A stretch of 57,378 nucleotides of DNA, the filler included, from Basidiobolus ranarum (taxonomy: Eukaryota), in NCBI GenBank assembly GCA_040143965.1. It is 2 parts of 2 records of this genome, joined end to end, with 100 filler letters (N's around TTAATTAATTAA, not from the genome) between each part and the next. Parts side by side here need not be neighbours in the genome. Positions count along the whole stretch, not along the records: positions 1 to 28,668 come from JASJQH010006987.1; positions 28,769 to 57,378 come from JASJQH010006988.1. The stretch is one strand, 5' to 3'. The notes below the pieces were generated by a model, which was not told the DNA's origin, made no database searches, and was given only the letters and a program-made list of their open reading frames with translations. Shown here piece after piece: positions 21,760-35,144 of this stretch. Positions within the stretch are counted from its first letter, which is position 1. The number at the start of each line of letters is the position of its first letter. A program made the position numbers and the translations under genes.

Positions 21760-23461
21760 TTATTTTAAATCAATAATAAACTCCCACCTTCCCTCTGACA
21801 ATCCCTTGGCAGTATCTTCTAGAACAACTTCTCTTCGGCTAGCTACGTAAACACTCTTATCAAGAACATTCTGCTTTAATTCGGTGATCTTGGTAGGAGC
21901 AATTGGAGTTTCAAGAAGTTCACTAAGTTGTTCAACAGCCATCTCTAGATCTCTTTGATTATCTTCAAATAGAGCGGTCATGTTGTTTCTTGCGAGATAG
22001 AACGCAAATGCGTAAGTCCATTTAAGAGTCATACGGCATTCCACTACAGTATCTAATGCTCTTTTAAGAAATTGTACTTCAATCCAAGATAAATCTGACG
22101 TTTGTTGCATCTCTTCCATCTTCTTCTCGGTTTTGGAATACATCTCTCTATCCAGTTTGGCACTCTGCTCGTGATTGGCATACCGATTATAATACTACAA
22201 TGATGGAGTGATTAGTTCTATGTTGATGGCTTTTGTAGAAAGTAGTGATGCTTACATGAAGGTAACGTTCTAGAGTGGCCCTAGAGTCAGCTTGTTTATC
22301 TCTGGCATCTGTGCTACTTTTCTCATCATAGCGATTGCAGTTGTACCAGTTTGTTCCATGCTCTGACCAAGGACCCATGCATACCCAACAGAACTCATGC
22401 CGACATTTTCTACAAGTCATATGGTTACATCCTCCGTTCTTTTCGATGGTAGAGTGACAAGCTGGACATTCCTTGGTGTTTGCAGAAATCCAGTTGGCTG
22501 TCTCTGAATCGTCTTCACATTTTTTGATCCACTGTTTGACTAGAGCACAAATGCATGGTTGATGATCAGCTACACCACAACCAAAACAGAATGTATGGCC
22601 ACATTTGCAGACTACAGTTGGGACGACTGACGAAAGTGAAGTGTGAGGGATGTGGCAGGAGACTGCATATTCACAATTAGGAGCAGGGCACCATCTCAAA
22701 TGGTCGTTGTCATCAACATAGGTACGATTTAGAAGCATCCGATATCTATAAATATACGAGGGTTATTAGGGACATGTCAATGTAACGTTTTCAAAGTAGA
22801 TTTACCTTTCATAAACAGTTGGACTGACAAGTAGCTCCACGGTTTTCGCGTCAATAACTAAATTACAGCATTCACCGGGGCATTGAATCTTCCGACTTTC
22901 TCCTTCTTCCTTGATTTTTTGAACGAGGTAGTGTTGATAACAGTTGATGCAAAACCTATGATTACATGGCAAAGAGACTGTATCTAGATCTGGATCATCA
23001 TCACAGCAGATATCACATACAAAGCCAGGAACCTTGGCGATTTTTACAGGACTTTCGTCGTTTGTGAGGATTCCAGCGTTGGATAAAATTTTCTCCGGTG
23101 TATCCATGTACCTTTCTATCAAAGATTCTTTGTTCCAACGGAAAAATCTAAGTAAGGTAGCAGCTTGTTGTTCTGGAAGTCCAAGAATATTCGAGACGTG
23201 GGTAATCTCTTTATTTTGACATTCAACAATATCTTCAATAGATAGAATAGTGAAGTCAACTTCGTAAATTCTTTTCTTATTTTTTTCTAACATTACAGTA
23301 CTAAAACCCATATCATCTCCGTCCAGTTCATAGTCGTCTTCTAAAACATCGTCATCGTCCTCTTCCTCTTCCATTTCAAATTCACTTCCTTCCTCAAAAG
23401 CGTCGTTTTCTTCAAAACTGCCATCGTCTTGGTATTCTTCGTCGAAATCCATGTCAGACAT
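21760..23461 (-). CDS. ARIH1: Ariadne-family RBR E3 ubiquitin ligase (ARIH1/Hel1), 3 exons
   Basis: Acidic N-terminus, RING1 (CDICC..CNHRFC), IBR (WCPAPNC), RING2 (CPACHSTIEKNGGCNHMTC) and Ariadne domain (LSWIEVQFL..TLKWTYAFAFYL). Confidence 0.95.
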
Positions 23462-24210
23462 TTTTATGAAATATTTTGGTTTCTCTTCACAGTCAGATAA
23501 ATAAGTTTGGGAGGTGAGAAAATCAAAGTGTGAAGTAAAGTGAATAGGGAGTAGATACTATGAAAGTTTACTTCAAAATGTCGCTTTCAAGAAAGAGTAA
23601 ATGAGAAACTTTATGTCAAGACTATTTCGTTGCCGTAGCTTTCCTAATTCTATGTTGACGCAGCTCGATTCCTTTTTACCATAAAATGACCCAACAATCA
23701 CATGATACCGTTCATATCCCTGATCTGGTAACAATAATACTATGCCTTGATCACGTGATATGATGATCATTGGCGGTGGCTAACTACTTGTATGCTAGAA
23801 CTTCAAAATCAGTATCTAGAGTTCAGATAGGTTATGTCAGTCATGCAGTTACGTGATATCAGTTAGGAGATCTAAGATAGATTTAAGCAATCTATTCTAC
23901 AAATATTCCAAATAGGCAGGTTTATATTTATGTATGAAGAATGTTTACAATCAATCACGAATTAAAGACTACCAACTGGTGAGCCATAGAGAGCCATAAT
24001 AAATTATCCAAGTATACAGTTCATTGAAGACTTGATTTCGGATTCTGTGGAGTATTTCGAAAGATTACAATCATCAAGTGTAAGAGAGAGTGATGCATAC
24101 AACTTATTAAACCAATGCTATTAGTTTCTTATAATGTATAACTCATTGTTCGTGAAAATAAGTCGGATTTGTGGATACGAACAACTATGACAGATATTTT
24201 GGTTGAAAGG

Positions 24211-24895
24211 TTAATCTTCCTCCACCAAACCTAGTATCATTCTACGGATATTCCATTCAAATTGATGTTAGCATAGAGTAAAAGGATAAGACCTATATAA
24301 ACCTCACCTGTATAAATAGTAAAAGAAGCACAGCAAGTAAAATGCCAACTTCAAAAATGTCTCTTTCTTATGAGCTGTGAGGGTACGAAATATTTCCGTT
24401 GCGTCATACATATGTTGACCATTTGTTATACTAAATAGAGTGCAAGTTAGCCTATCTCCCATACACAAAAAGGTACAGTAAAGCTTACCGCATTGTGTTG
24501 AAGGCCACTACTGGAAGGTTTATTATCAGTGCCATCCAATTTCCACTCAGCAGAAATATACCAGATATCAAATATTGGCCAATGTACTCCGGAAGAATAA
24601 ACTAGGCGCCAAGATATTTTTATTACTACCGACGAACCTTACAACCTCACTAAACTCTGTGTACTGTACCTGATTTAACCTATTACATAGATCGATTGGG
24701 TTGATATAGTCACACTCTAAATCGCTTAACATGATGGCCTAAAGAAAGGTAAATTAGCTTTGTCAGTTAACCCATACTAGCTTCCAAGTCGAAATATGTA
24801 AATAGAAAGGAAGAACAACATACATAGAATACCATGCCGAACAAAAAGAGGGCAGAAAATATCACTGCAAATAGGAAAATAAAAACATCACTCAT
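24211..24895 (-). CDS. ERV14: Cornichon/Erv14 ER cargo receptor, 5 small exons; not in the ORF track
   Basis: Spliced reading: [11 protein letters not shown]...[28 protein letters not shown]...[11 protein letters not shown]...[24 protein letters not shown]. Confidence 0.93.
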
Positions 24896-25304
24896 TCTTG
24901 GTTTACTCTTGTCTTTGACGTTCTAATATTAAAGGATGAAAGTAAAAGATGTGGAGAATATACTTTCATTAAGATTAACAATTTCCTATACATAAACGCA
25001 TATCCTTTGACGTCACGCAAATTGATTACGAAATAGCATGACAATTTTCAATTAAGTAATGCATACAAGACAAATTCTTGGATAACTACAACTCCATTGA
25101 CAAACCAGAATTTATTCCTATACAACAAAAAGTAGCACTAATTTAATCATATTAATAGCTCTCACAATGTAACGTACTCTGAAGAAGAATATCAACTAGT
25201 AAAGTTGACGAATAAGAAACTAAAATTTATGTACAGCTCCATTGCGCTACCAAAATACTCTGCAAAACATACAGGCAGTAATCAAAACAATTCTAGACAC
25301 TAAA

Positions 25305-27902
25305 TTACCCTCTACGCTTCCTGGGGTGTGTGGGTTTCTGCTCCAACTTCGCTGGCTTCTCCGAGGTCCGGCGAAGGCGTTTTGAAGGTGTGTTAGAGTG
25401 GTCATTGTCGTCGATAATCCAGAATTCTCTAGGCTTACGAATACTACGACCTGAGCGGGTAATTCCTGGTTCACTATCAATTTCTTTCTCCTTGTTACCG
25501 GTCTTCTCGGATTTGGTTTGGTCATGCTAAAAAAAATTGAAGTTTAAAAAACATCCCTTCTCTTTCAGTGATGCAAATTACTTGTACCTTTGAATCTTGA
25601 GACTTTCGACGCTGTGTGGATTTCGCTGCTACATTCAAACGTTTTTTTGGAGTCTCCGGATGTACTGTAGTTGCTTTCATACTTTCCGTAGGCAACTCGT
25701 CTGATAATGATACAGATGTTTGGTGACTTGGGGTAGGGATATGGGGCTCAGGTGAATTATTTTCAGCATTCGTGGGTGAGAGTGTCTCTTTGACCGGAGG
25801 TTTATCAAGTTTCATTTTCAATTTCTTGGATGAAGTCTTTATGGATACGGACTTTTTTTCTTGAGGGACTATAATCTGTTTGTCCAATACGGCATCTAAG
25901 CCATGGATTTCATTTGATTCTGGCTCAGGCTGTTCTTTCTTTACAGCCTTACGTGTTCTTTTTCTGACCACAAGATTTAAACGAGGTTTTGGTTTTCTAC
26001 CTGATCGACGGGGAGCTTTGCTTGGTGTTTGTTTGTTGATCTGAGGATCCTTATCATTATCTACATTCAGATGATCGTCATTATATGGAAAGTCAAAGCC
26101 CTCATTATCAAATTCTAAATGATCGTCAGGTTGTTGTGGAGATATGTTGGCGATCTCAGTAAGAGTAGTTGGAGCATCTTTTGTCATATTTTAAAGAATT
26201 ATACAACTATACATTTTCAGAGATTTTACAGTAAGACGAACCTTTTTCTCGTGTGTTCTCTTCATTTGAATCGTTCAGTTGGTTTTTGGACTTTTTGTCT
26301 GAATTTTTCTTTTGCGAAGAAAGTTCACCATCAAATTCAACGCATATCCAGGACTTCCATTCTTCGGGAAATCCGTCTTTGAACAAATTAGTAAACTCGG
26401 GGGAGAAACCTATACATAAAATAAATATCGGGAATATTGATACTATCCATTAATCGAGAGTTAACTTACCAGCCACAGACATTCCTTGTGGAGATATAGG
26501 ACCGGAGATCTGGTAAACAGACCCACTAAAGGTTTTTAGAGTGGTTCGATCGACACGTTCAGCAATTAAAGAGCTATGCCAAACCTAAGTATTTAAATAA
26601 AGATACGCTAAGTGAATGCTCTTATATAAATGTTCGAGGCTATAAAAATGTCTATATATGCTCACACGTTCGTTTTGATCGCCCATCACTCTCAATCCTT
26701 CAATGATAATCCAGAATTCGAAATTTGCGAGCTATAATCAGAGTTAAAGTAAATCACATTTGTAAGGGACTAGAAAAGACACTTCATAACTCTACCTTAT
26801 TCCCGGTACGCGCCTTCCTAAGTCTCCATTCTTTTAGAACAATTGGCTCACTAAGATCACTCTTGCCAGACTCAGAGACTGGCTCGAGAGGAGGGTCTGG
26901 TAAACGCTGATCTGTAGATTTGTCGCTAGATCGGGTTGGTAACTTTGTCTTTACTTTTGGTTTGAGTGTAGCCGTCTTATTCATAGATTTGGAGACAGAT
27001 TTAGCCGCAACATTGACGCGTCGTTTAGATACACGCGTTTTGGAAATATTAGTTGTGGCCTCGGTTGAAGGGTAACTTGACTCTGGAGCAGACTCCATAT
27101 TTGCATTCATTATTGGAATTTCTTTGGAGGTCTCATTTTGCAGTGTAGAGTTCTTAATAGATTGAGAATCAACATTATTATTTTTCGAAAGTGAGCCTTC
27201 CGGTAGAACTTCAGGAGATACTTTAGACTTTAATAATGAGGTTTTCGAGGCTCTTTTTGGTTGTGTAGATTTACTTGTGACTGGGGGGAGGGTTGAACTA
27301 GATTTGGAAGATACTGTTTCAGCTACTTTCTCTAAAGAGTTATTATTTGTTTGCACCTCCTTCGCTTTGAGCTCAGTTGACTCGATATGGGAATACGTTC
27401 GTCGGATTAGCTTGATAATATACAAATAATAGCATCAATAGAGTGTGGAGATAATACGGAGAATTTGTAAGGGGTATACCTGAGGGATAGGACTAGCTAC
27501 AGAAAGTCTCTCAAAAGATGAGTTATTATTGTTGCCAAACATGTCAGTCAACGGGATAGATGCTTCTCGTATTCTTGGAGGCAGTGTTGCCTCTCTTCTG
27601 AAAATTGCCGAATCAAACCCACTACAACTAAGACGTTAGAGAGTTAAAGATTGAAGTATAAATCGTTAATATCCTCACCCAGTATTCATTAGTGGTTGAG
27701 CTTGGGGTGTACCAATACGTGAAATTTGAGAAAATCTATTCGACTTGGAAGGAGTCATGCTATTAGATTCATGTATGGCGCTTGTCGCCGCTGGTGTCAT
27801 ACATCTTGATACAGAACGAGAACGAGGTGTAGGGGAACGTAGTACTGAGAAGTCCGGAATTCGGAAGATGGCCTCCGAAGGGACGCGATCTTGACACGAC
27901 AT
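25305..27902 (-). CDS. KNL2: KNL2/Mis18-binding protein 1 homologue (SANTA domain plus C-terminal CENP-C-like motif), multi-exon; start uncertain
   Basis: Spliced SANTA domain: IVLKEWRL..FWIIIEG..VWHSSLIAERVDRTTLKTFSGSVYQISGPI..GFSPEFTNLFKDGFPEEWK. The last exon carries TRSGRSIRKPREFWI. Confidence 0.8.
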
Positions 27903-28313
27903 ATATAATACGCAAACACGAAAGAATAATTTGAACAAAGGGACAAAACTGTTGACCCTGTGGAAAGTAAGAATAGAAATTGATCTTTTGTTTGGAATTT
28001 CCCATCATCAAATAAAGCAGTCGAGTCCATTTGGCATAAACTTGACTCTGATAGTTAAGTTAATGAAAATGCGGCTATTATCAGTACATGGTGGAAAACA
28101 TGCTATCATAGAAATTGCGAAATAAACAGGGATGAATCTCGATACTGTAAATATGGGGTTGAGAAAATGATCACAATAAAATTATCAGATCTGACCAGAA
28201 GATGTAAAATTTGGTGATTGGTGGAGGGCCAGAAAGATGGAAAATTAGGTGGTTTATAGGTTTGGCAATTGTTCCCATTCTCTTTCTCTTTTCCATCCTC
28301 TGGACTTGTAGAC

Positions 28314-28668
28314 ATGGTAAGCACAAATCTCAATATATTATTGGAAACAGATATATGGTTTCGTACTGCATGATGGATGGATTTTCTTCTTTCAACGATG
28401 TATAATGAAATCGCAGCTTATACAAATCACCAAAGAATGTTTTCCATATCTCACTGAGTTGTATCTAACCGATCTTTTACTCTAGCCTACTACCCTTCAT
28501 AAGAACAGAAAGAAGCGTGGACACGTTTCAGCCGGTCACGGTCGTGTCGGTAAACACAGAAAACATCCAGGAGGTCGTGGTCTTGCTGGGGGTCAGCATC
28601 ACCCCCGTATCAACATGGATTAATACCCTGCGGGTTAGTTCGGTAAGGTGGGGATGCGTCAATTCCAT
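28314..28668 (+). CDS. RPL28: 60S ribosomal protein L28/L27a (uL15), 3' truncated at the gap, with two in-frame stops near the contig end
   Basis: ATG|gtaag, intron 28317-28485, then [42 protein letters not shown] at 28621 and TAG at 28636. Confidence 0.85.
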
Positions 28669-28768
28669 NNNNNNNNNNNNNNNNNNNNNNNNNNNNNNNN
28701 NNNNNNNNNNNNTTAATTAATTAANNNNNNNNNNNNNNNNNNNNNNNNNNNNNNNNNNNNNNNNNNNN
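28669..28768. other. Artificial contig linker / assembly gap
   Basis: 44 N + TTAATTAATTAA (stops in all six frames) + 44 N = 100 nt. Confidence 0.97.
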
Positions 28769-31348
28769 ATCTCAAACTGAGTTCGTCTAGAACCAATAGT
28801 CAAGTTTTATACCGAATACTCAGATTTGCCTAGGCTTGAATCCACATTCTGTAGGATGCTGCTATTCCAGCTACAGGTTTTGTTGTGATTCATTTAAGAA
28901 TGGTCTCGCAAGAGTACGTATGAGCATGACGTAGGTATGTACATTGAGGGTTGAGAAAATGTCTACGTGACATGGAAATAAACGGAATTAACTGCAACTA
29001 TGCTTTGTTTATATCATAAAGGAACCGGGTTCATCTCCAGAGTCACTATTTTTGTGGGTTTTTGTTGCGGCGTTCAATAGTCGCGGCAATTCAATACTCA
29101 AATGGGCTCTTTATCTATTAATACAGTCTCTTCACCTCCCGCATATTCACAACGCCCTCCTATTATCCCACACCTGATGAATCTGACCTCCTCAGCACTT
29201 CTCTGACCCGTTGCTGTGATTCACTAGTAACTAATTTTATATTTTAAAAGCTCTAGGTTGGTTCACCTTATCAATATAAACGCTCTTACTGGTATTATTA
29301 CTCATGGATATGCCTGCCAAGAGCAATACTAATGTCTTTGGAAAGCGACTTAAATGCAGGCTCTAGATTACAGCTAGACCATTAATCTACTAGCAAAACC
29401 GATTCAGTGTTGAAATTAGAAGATGAACGTATTGAGGCGAATGCAATAAACAGGTAATGAATCCTCATAGATGAGCTGCATTAAAAACAATCAATGATGC
29501 CTATTGCTCGTTCCATATCCCAATCGCTACATTGGATGTAGCCTTTGTACACAGTCGAAAATATGATCTGGCACAATGTTTCCATTTTTGGTGTGCTTGC
29601 TTAGAAAGGCAACGTAGCTAGAATAAGCTACTGAGCCTAAATAGTAGATTTCGAAATTTCGATTTCAATATCATAATTGACTAAATTGGCTTATAGTTTC
29701 GCAATCAAACTTTGCTCCTTTTTCTCCACTTCCTGATTTGAAACTTCTTGCAATAATAGTCACGTCATGGTGCCATATTTAGACAACTGACGGAAGGATG
29801 GCGAACTAGTATTTAGAAATTGTTGAGCGAACACTTCATCACCTCGCTAAATAGAAACATCTCGTATCGACCCTCTAATGAGCAGGGCCTGTAGCTACAC
29901 ATGCTGTGCATTGGATTGGTTTTCTACCACCTCAACCTGCGAACCTTTGGGAAGAATATTATGCTGTACTGGGCTGACGCAAACCTGTCTAATCACTCAT
30001 GTGGTAATATCCTAATGCAGGAACTGCATGGGATTATCAGACAAAACTGGACTACAGTATAACTAAACAACTCGGAGGATTTTTAATAGTGCTCCTTTCG
30101 TAATCAACAGATTCGCTCGTCTGAGCCTCTGGGACCTGTATCGCTAAATTGGATAACCTTGATCTTTCCCCATCCGAGCCGTGGTGATTAGCATATTTAT
30201 CATTCAATGTTTAGATGTTAATGAGAGTATTACGACATTTATTAAACCACGTCTTTTGGAAGAGAAGTCAGGAGTCCTGTTGGCTCATGTCCATACCTGG
30301 CCATGTATAAACACATACAGCTCTATCCTGCACTCGATTCTAGAAAGGCGTATTTGCTGTACATCCATTCGTAACATTTCGGGCATCCACGCTCAGAACA
30401 TGGCGTCTGGTGAAGACTTACTCTTGTATTACAAATCACAAAGTGCAAATACAGTGTGGCCAAGCTCAGGCTAACGAAGAACAGCCTAAAATCACCAATC
30501 TTTCGCCCTACCTAGCTGCCACCAATGGCTTAAGAAAGTCTGCTGATTATGATCGATTTTTCAGTTTGGAAACCAGTTTTGTGGATTTTAGAATTGGCGA
30601 TCAAAAGCAGAGCAATATTATTTGCTTTCCTTGCATATTGTGGTGTAGTGCTCGTATTGCTGATATCAACTACTCAGCAATGTAGCATTTCCACCACTCA
30701 ACCGCCTGAATCCCATCTTCAACGCAGATTCGACACCTATTGCATCACTGAAATTGCCGATACATGGAATAAAAATGATCATCAAGGTGTCTTTTGATTT
30801 GATCTTTGACATTCTAAATATACAGTGTAAATTCATTGCAACACTCAAAATAGGCTGCTAAACCAGAGAAGAAATTCATCGTAAAATAATCATACTCCAA
30901 TAGATTTGTTACTTTTGTGGAATACCATACTGATTCGGTTCTGTGATCCCATATGAATAACTATCTAGCCCCACTTTGGGTGTCCTAAGATCTTTCATAT
31001 TGACTTTTCCGCCAAGTGGTTTTCTCCTTTCCTGCTTTTTTGAGTTCTCTGGTTCCTTGCAAACCTTAATAATAGCACAGCCCTGTTTTTTATTCCCCTA
31101 TTACTACTACTTTATTTATTACAATACAGGCAAGACTCTCATCACTCATAAGTTACTTACAGACTTAGTACTGCTCAAACTCTGAATTCGAACCCTACAA
31201 TCATTTCAAACTTGGGTTAGTCCAAAGTTGTGACGAATTCTTGATTTCGTAAAATTGTTTAGTAAAAATATTCAACAATTGCTGAAAGCGATCAAATACA
31301 GATTCAACAGGCATCTTACGTTCCTAATAACTAGAAAACGATAGGGCA

Positions 31349-34075
31349 ATGCGTTTATCTTTTCTGAGGCGTGGTAGATCTCCACCATCACCTGCCAGGT
31401 CGTCCTTCTCTGGTGGACCTGACCCTAATACTTGTGCCATTCTTCTGGTGGATAGCTTATATTTAGCAGGAACTTATCACTTAACCCCCTATGGATCCCC
31501 TCAACCTTCACCCACTGTGGAAGAGTATGATGATAATTTTGACTCTGAGGAATGCAATATCCCTGGAAGTAGAAGATCTTGGAAGCGTGAGTGCCATGAA
31601 GCAGCCGAATTTATACAACAACTACTAGAGACCTATAAACAGGGTATTATTTTCTTTGAATTTTATATTGTCAATCCTTTCAATTTAATAATCAACCTTG
31701 ACACCAGTCACCGCTGTTACTTCGGGGAATACTGCCATGTCGTTTCTTCATGATCTTCCACCTGAACACGTGGGACACACCATTCTGCTAATTGACCTTG
31801 ACCACCACACTTCTAATAGTTTATTCACGGACCGTAGGATGACTGATAAGAGTGATAAATCACTGGAAGCGGAAAGTAATTCAGACATTCTTTATGGCCT
31901 TGAACTGTTAAAGGTGGTTGCCAAAGAGTTGGAGCTGGGTGTCGTGTCAAGTGTTATACCTATTGGTAAGCATAAGCTTAAGACTCTTTACTTTTGACCG
32001 TCTGTATAATTTGAGTTTTTGGTAACTCCAATAGTCCTATCGCGTAATGAATCTCCACAATTAATGGGTAATTGTTTGGAACTTGGAGCAGTTGATTATT
32101 TGGTCAAGCCAGTCTCCACTCAAGTCGTTAAAACGCTCTGGCTAGTAAGCTTAGTTTACAATATTTATTCCTTAATAGCCCGCGCAACAATTTTGACCTG
32201 ATTTTTCTGACCATATTTAGAATACTTCTCGAGTAAAGCGTCAAATTCGCTCGCCTGATAGTGGGGATGAAGCAACTTCAAAAATGGCTCGTTTAAATTT
32301 AAGGACAGGAGATATCCGTGATATTGAAGAGAAGTTGAGCGAAGTGCTTACTAGAGATAAATGGTAGGATTTCTTGATGCTCTGACTTCGTCAGTTTAGA
32401 AACTAAATTTACTTATTCCTCACTTACAGGCTTGAAGAAATGATTATCAACCATTATGCACCGCCTTATCATCATATCAATCTCTCTAAATTCCCGCAGT
32501 ATGTGAACCTAAAATCATTTGTAAAGTTGGCATGTCTAAATCATTATCGGATGTGTAGGTTGGATTCTGCTTCAACCGAGGAACGTGTAATTGCCCTAAG
32601 AGGGATTCTTTCCAATTGGGAATTTTGCCCATACGACTTATCAGAGGACGATCTTCTTCGTTGTATATTGATAATTTTTCAAGATTCCCTATCGATGAAA
32701 GGATTGAAGAATATATACATGTCGACAGGTAAAGCCGTCTTAGATATAGTAGTGTCTCTGATGTGTTAACAACATCCTCTTTCCATCAACCTGATTAGAA
32801 ATGCTACATAGGTTCATACTCACCGTCCGCATTTCATACAATGATCTGAATCCTTATCATAATTTTTACCATGCCGTTGATGTGCTACAAGCGTCATATT
32901 ACACACTTCGAAAACTTGGCCTAATTGGTAAAAACCCATCATACCCCGCACATTCGCCTACGGGAGGCAAACGGTGCTTACAAGAGTTTATGAGGCCAAA
33001 TGATGTCTTTGCTCTCATTGTAGCCAGTCTGGCCCACGATCTTGGTCATCCTGGGGTTAATAATGCCTACATGATCAATGCTCACACACCCCTCGCACTT
33101 CTATACAACGATCAGGCAGTTCTAGAGAATTTTCACACCATGTCTTTGTTTCTGCTCATGAAGAAACACGGGTTTGACTTTTTCACTGATCAATCATCTC
33201 AAGAATTCAAAGGTATTGGTTGATATGTTTGTTGTCCTGTCACCTTCCATGATACTTAAAGTTCGTGTTAGATTTTCGGAAATTGGTAGTCAGAGCAATT
33301 TTAGCGACAGATATGAGCGCCCATTTTGACTACATACGCAACTTCGTGGAACAAAAGAACAGACTAGCCACGCAGAAAACCTTAGACCCCGAATTAGAAC
33401 GTATTGCATTTTCCACAGCCATTATTAAATGTGCTGATATCAGTAATTCGGTAATACACTATGATAGGCCACTATCACCTGGGATGATCACAGCTAACAC
33501 CAGAATTCCTAGGCTCGTCCCTATCACATCTCGGAAAGATGGACTGATAGTTTGATGCATGAGTTCCATAATCAGGTCTACATGCCATTGTTTATCGAAT
33601 GTTTTTTGCTCAACTGAATATAACTGACGATTCCGTGCATCTCTTTATAGGCCTCACTTGAAGCGAGTAGAGGTTATCCACTAATAATGAACCCACAACA
33701 GTCCGAGAAGGACCGCGCTCAAGGTCAAATCGATTTCATTGTGAAACTGTCTTTACCACTCTTTAGCGTGGTGGCTGAGAACATCCCTGGTATTTCATTG
33801 TTTGTCTGCATTATGCTTGTTTCTAACATCTGACCAACCAATCTTCTTTACTAAACATGAAAGAAATCGCGTATTGTTTGAAGATAATGAAGAGCAATAT
33901 AGTTGAATGGGAGAGTGTCAGAGACAAATGTCCATCTTCTATGCTGCATGACTCTGATTCGGATTTAGAAGAAATCTCTCTCTCCGCGGTGCCAGCGTCA
34001 AGCCAGAAGAATACAGAATTTAATAATGGCATGTATATAGAGCCTGCTGCCTCAAACTTCACTGAAATCCACTAG
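31349..34075 (+). CDS. Class I cyclic-nucleotide phosphodiesterase with N-terminal response-regulator receiver domain, multi-exon
   Basis: PDEase_I motifs NPYHNFYHAVDV, AHDLGHPGVNN, VLENFH, ILATDMSAHF and IIKCADISN. REC motifs ILLVD, ILLIDLD, IPIVLS and GAVDYLVKP. Confidence 0.9.
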
Positions 34076-35144
34076 GCAGCTAGATATTGATCGACATGTC
34101 CATTTTTATTGCCGGATTGATCACCGCTCACAGCTACTTGGCAACATTTAATTCCTCATGCCTATTTTTAATGCTTATCCTTGTTCTTCAAAAGTTGATG
34201 ATTTCTTTTGTATAATTTTTGAAATTCTCAAGCTCAGTTTGACTGTGCCTCTTTACCCTGTTTACTAGTCATGTTCAAAGTAGCTGGAGTGGTATTTACT
34301 ATCTGCCAAAAAGATAGTGCTCCATGACTCCCATTTGGACCAGTGCCTGATCTATGCATATATTTATGTTTCATTTTTCGTACTATTTTTTAAAACTTCA
34401 TTCCATCGAGGTTTATCCCTTCGCCCTGAAAAAATTATTTTGTTTACTTTTTACTATCCTTTAGTTAGTTTACAACTTTCTAGTTATTTCCACTCATTCA
34501 TCTGTTTTATCCACCCTTTTCAACATGCTCATTCTCATGTGCTGTAAATATAGAGATTTCTTATAAAGTTCTAATGTTTTTCAATAACTAACTATTTTAG
34601 TGAAACCAATAGTATAATGTAATGGTCAATTCCGTACGCACTAGAGCGCACTTGAAATCCAGTTTAGGTTACCAACAGAGACAAAAATGTCCACCTTTCG
34701 CTTTAATATTGTGGCCCTCTGTAGTGTGCTGGCTCGTCCTCGTTTCATTCTATCAGATTTTAAATGAATTTTCTACATTATAGATGTCGTAGTTGTAAAA
34801 TGAGTTCGTTCCTCAAATATAAAGTTATGACGGAGGTCATAAAGTGTAGCTTCGTCCAACTTAAAGAAACTTTTTCAATGGACTAAACCTATCCTCTCAT
34901 GGTTAGGAATAAATTACTTGGTTATCTAAGCTAGTCAGTCGAGAAGCAGAATGACTGTAGACTATTCATAAGAATCCAAATATCGCGTAGTTCAAAAATA
35001 AATCCATAGCAGTCTTGAATCATTGATATGTCAATTATGATCAATAGATCGAATAAATTTGTAAACAGAGAGCCGCAATTTTATTGACCTCAAAGTTATT
35101 ATCATTCAGATTGTCTTCTCTGTAATCATTCTTTTACTCATATC

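Noticed and set aside
28317-28485. Possible snoRNA in the RPL28 intron (ATGATGG...CTGA and a weak hairpin)
   Set aside because: Imperfect C box, no clear terminal stem and no recognisable guide.
28600-28668. In-frame TAA and TAG in RPL28, suggesting a pseudogene or stop-codon recoding
   Set aside because: They cluster with other odd substitutions in the last 70 nt before the gap, so low-quality contig-end sequence is the most likely cause. The other genes use the standard code.
28669-28768. TTAATTAATTAA palindrome inside the N-run
   Set aside because: Synthetic six-frame-stop linker. No inference should be drawn across it.
30181-30848. Cluster of short overlapping ORFs upstream of the PDE gene
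   Set aside because: No recognisable domain, mostly non-ATG starts and no coherent exon chain.
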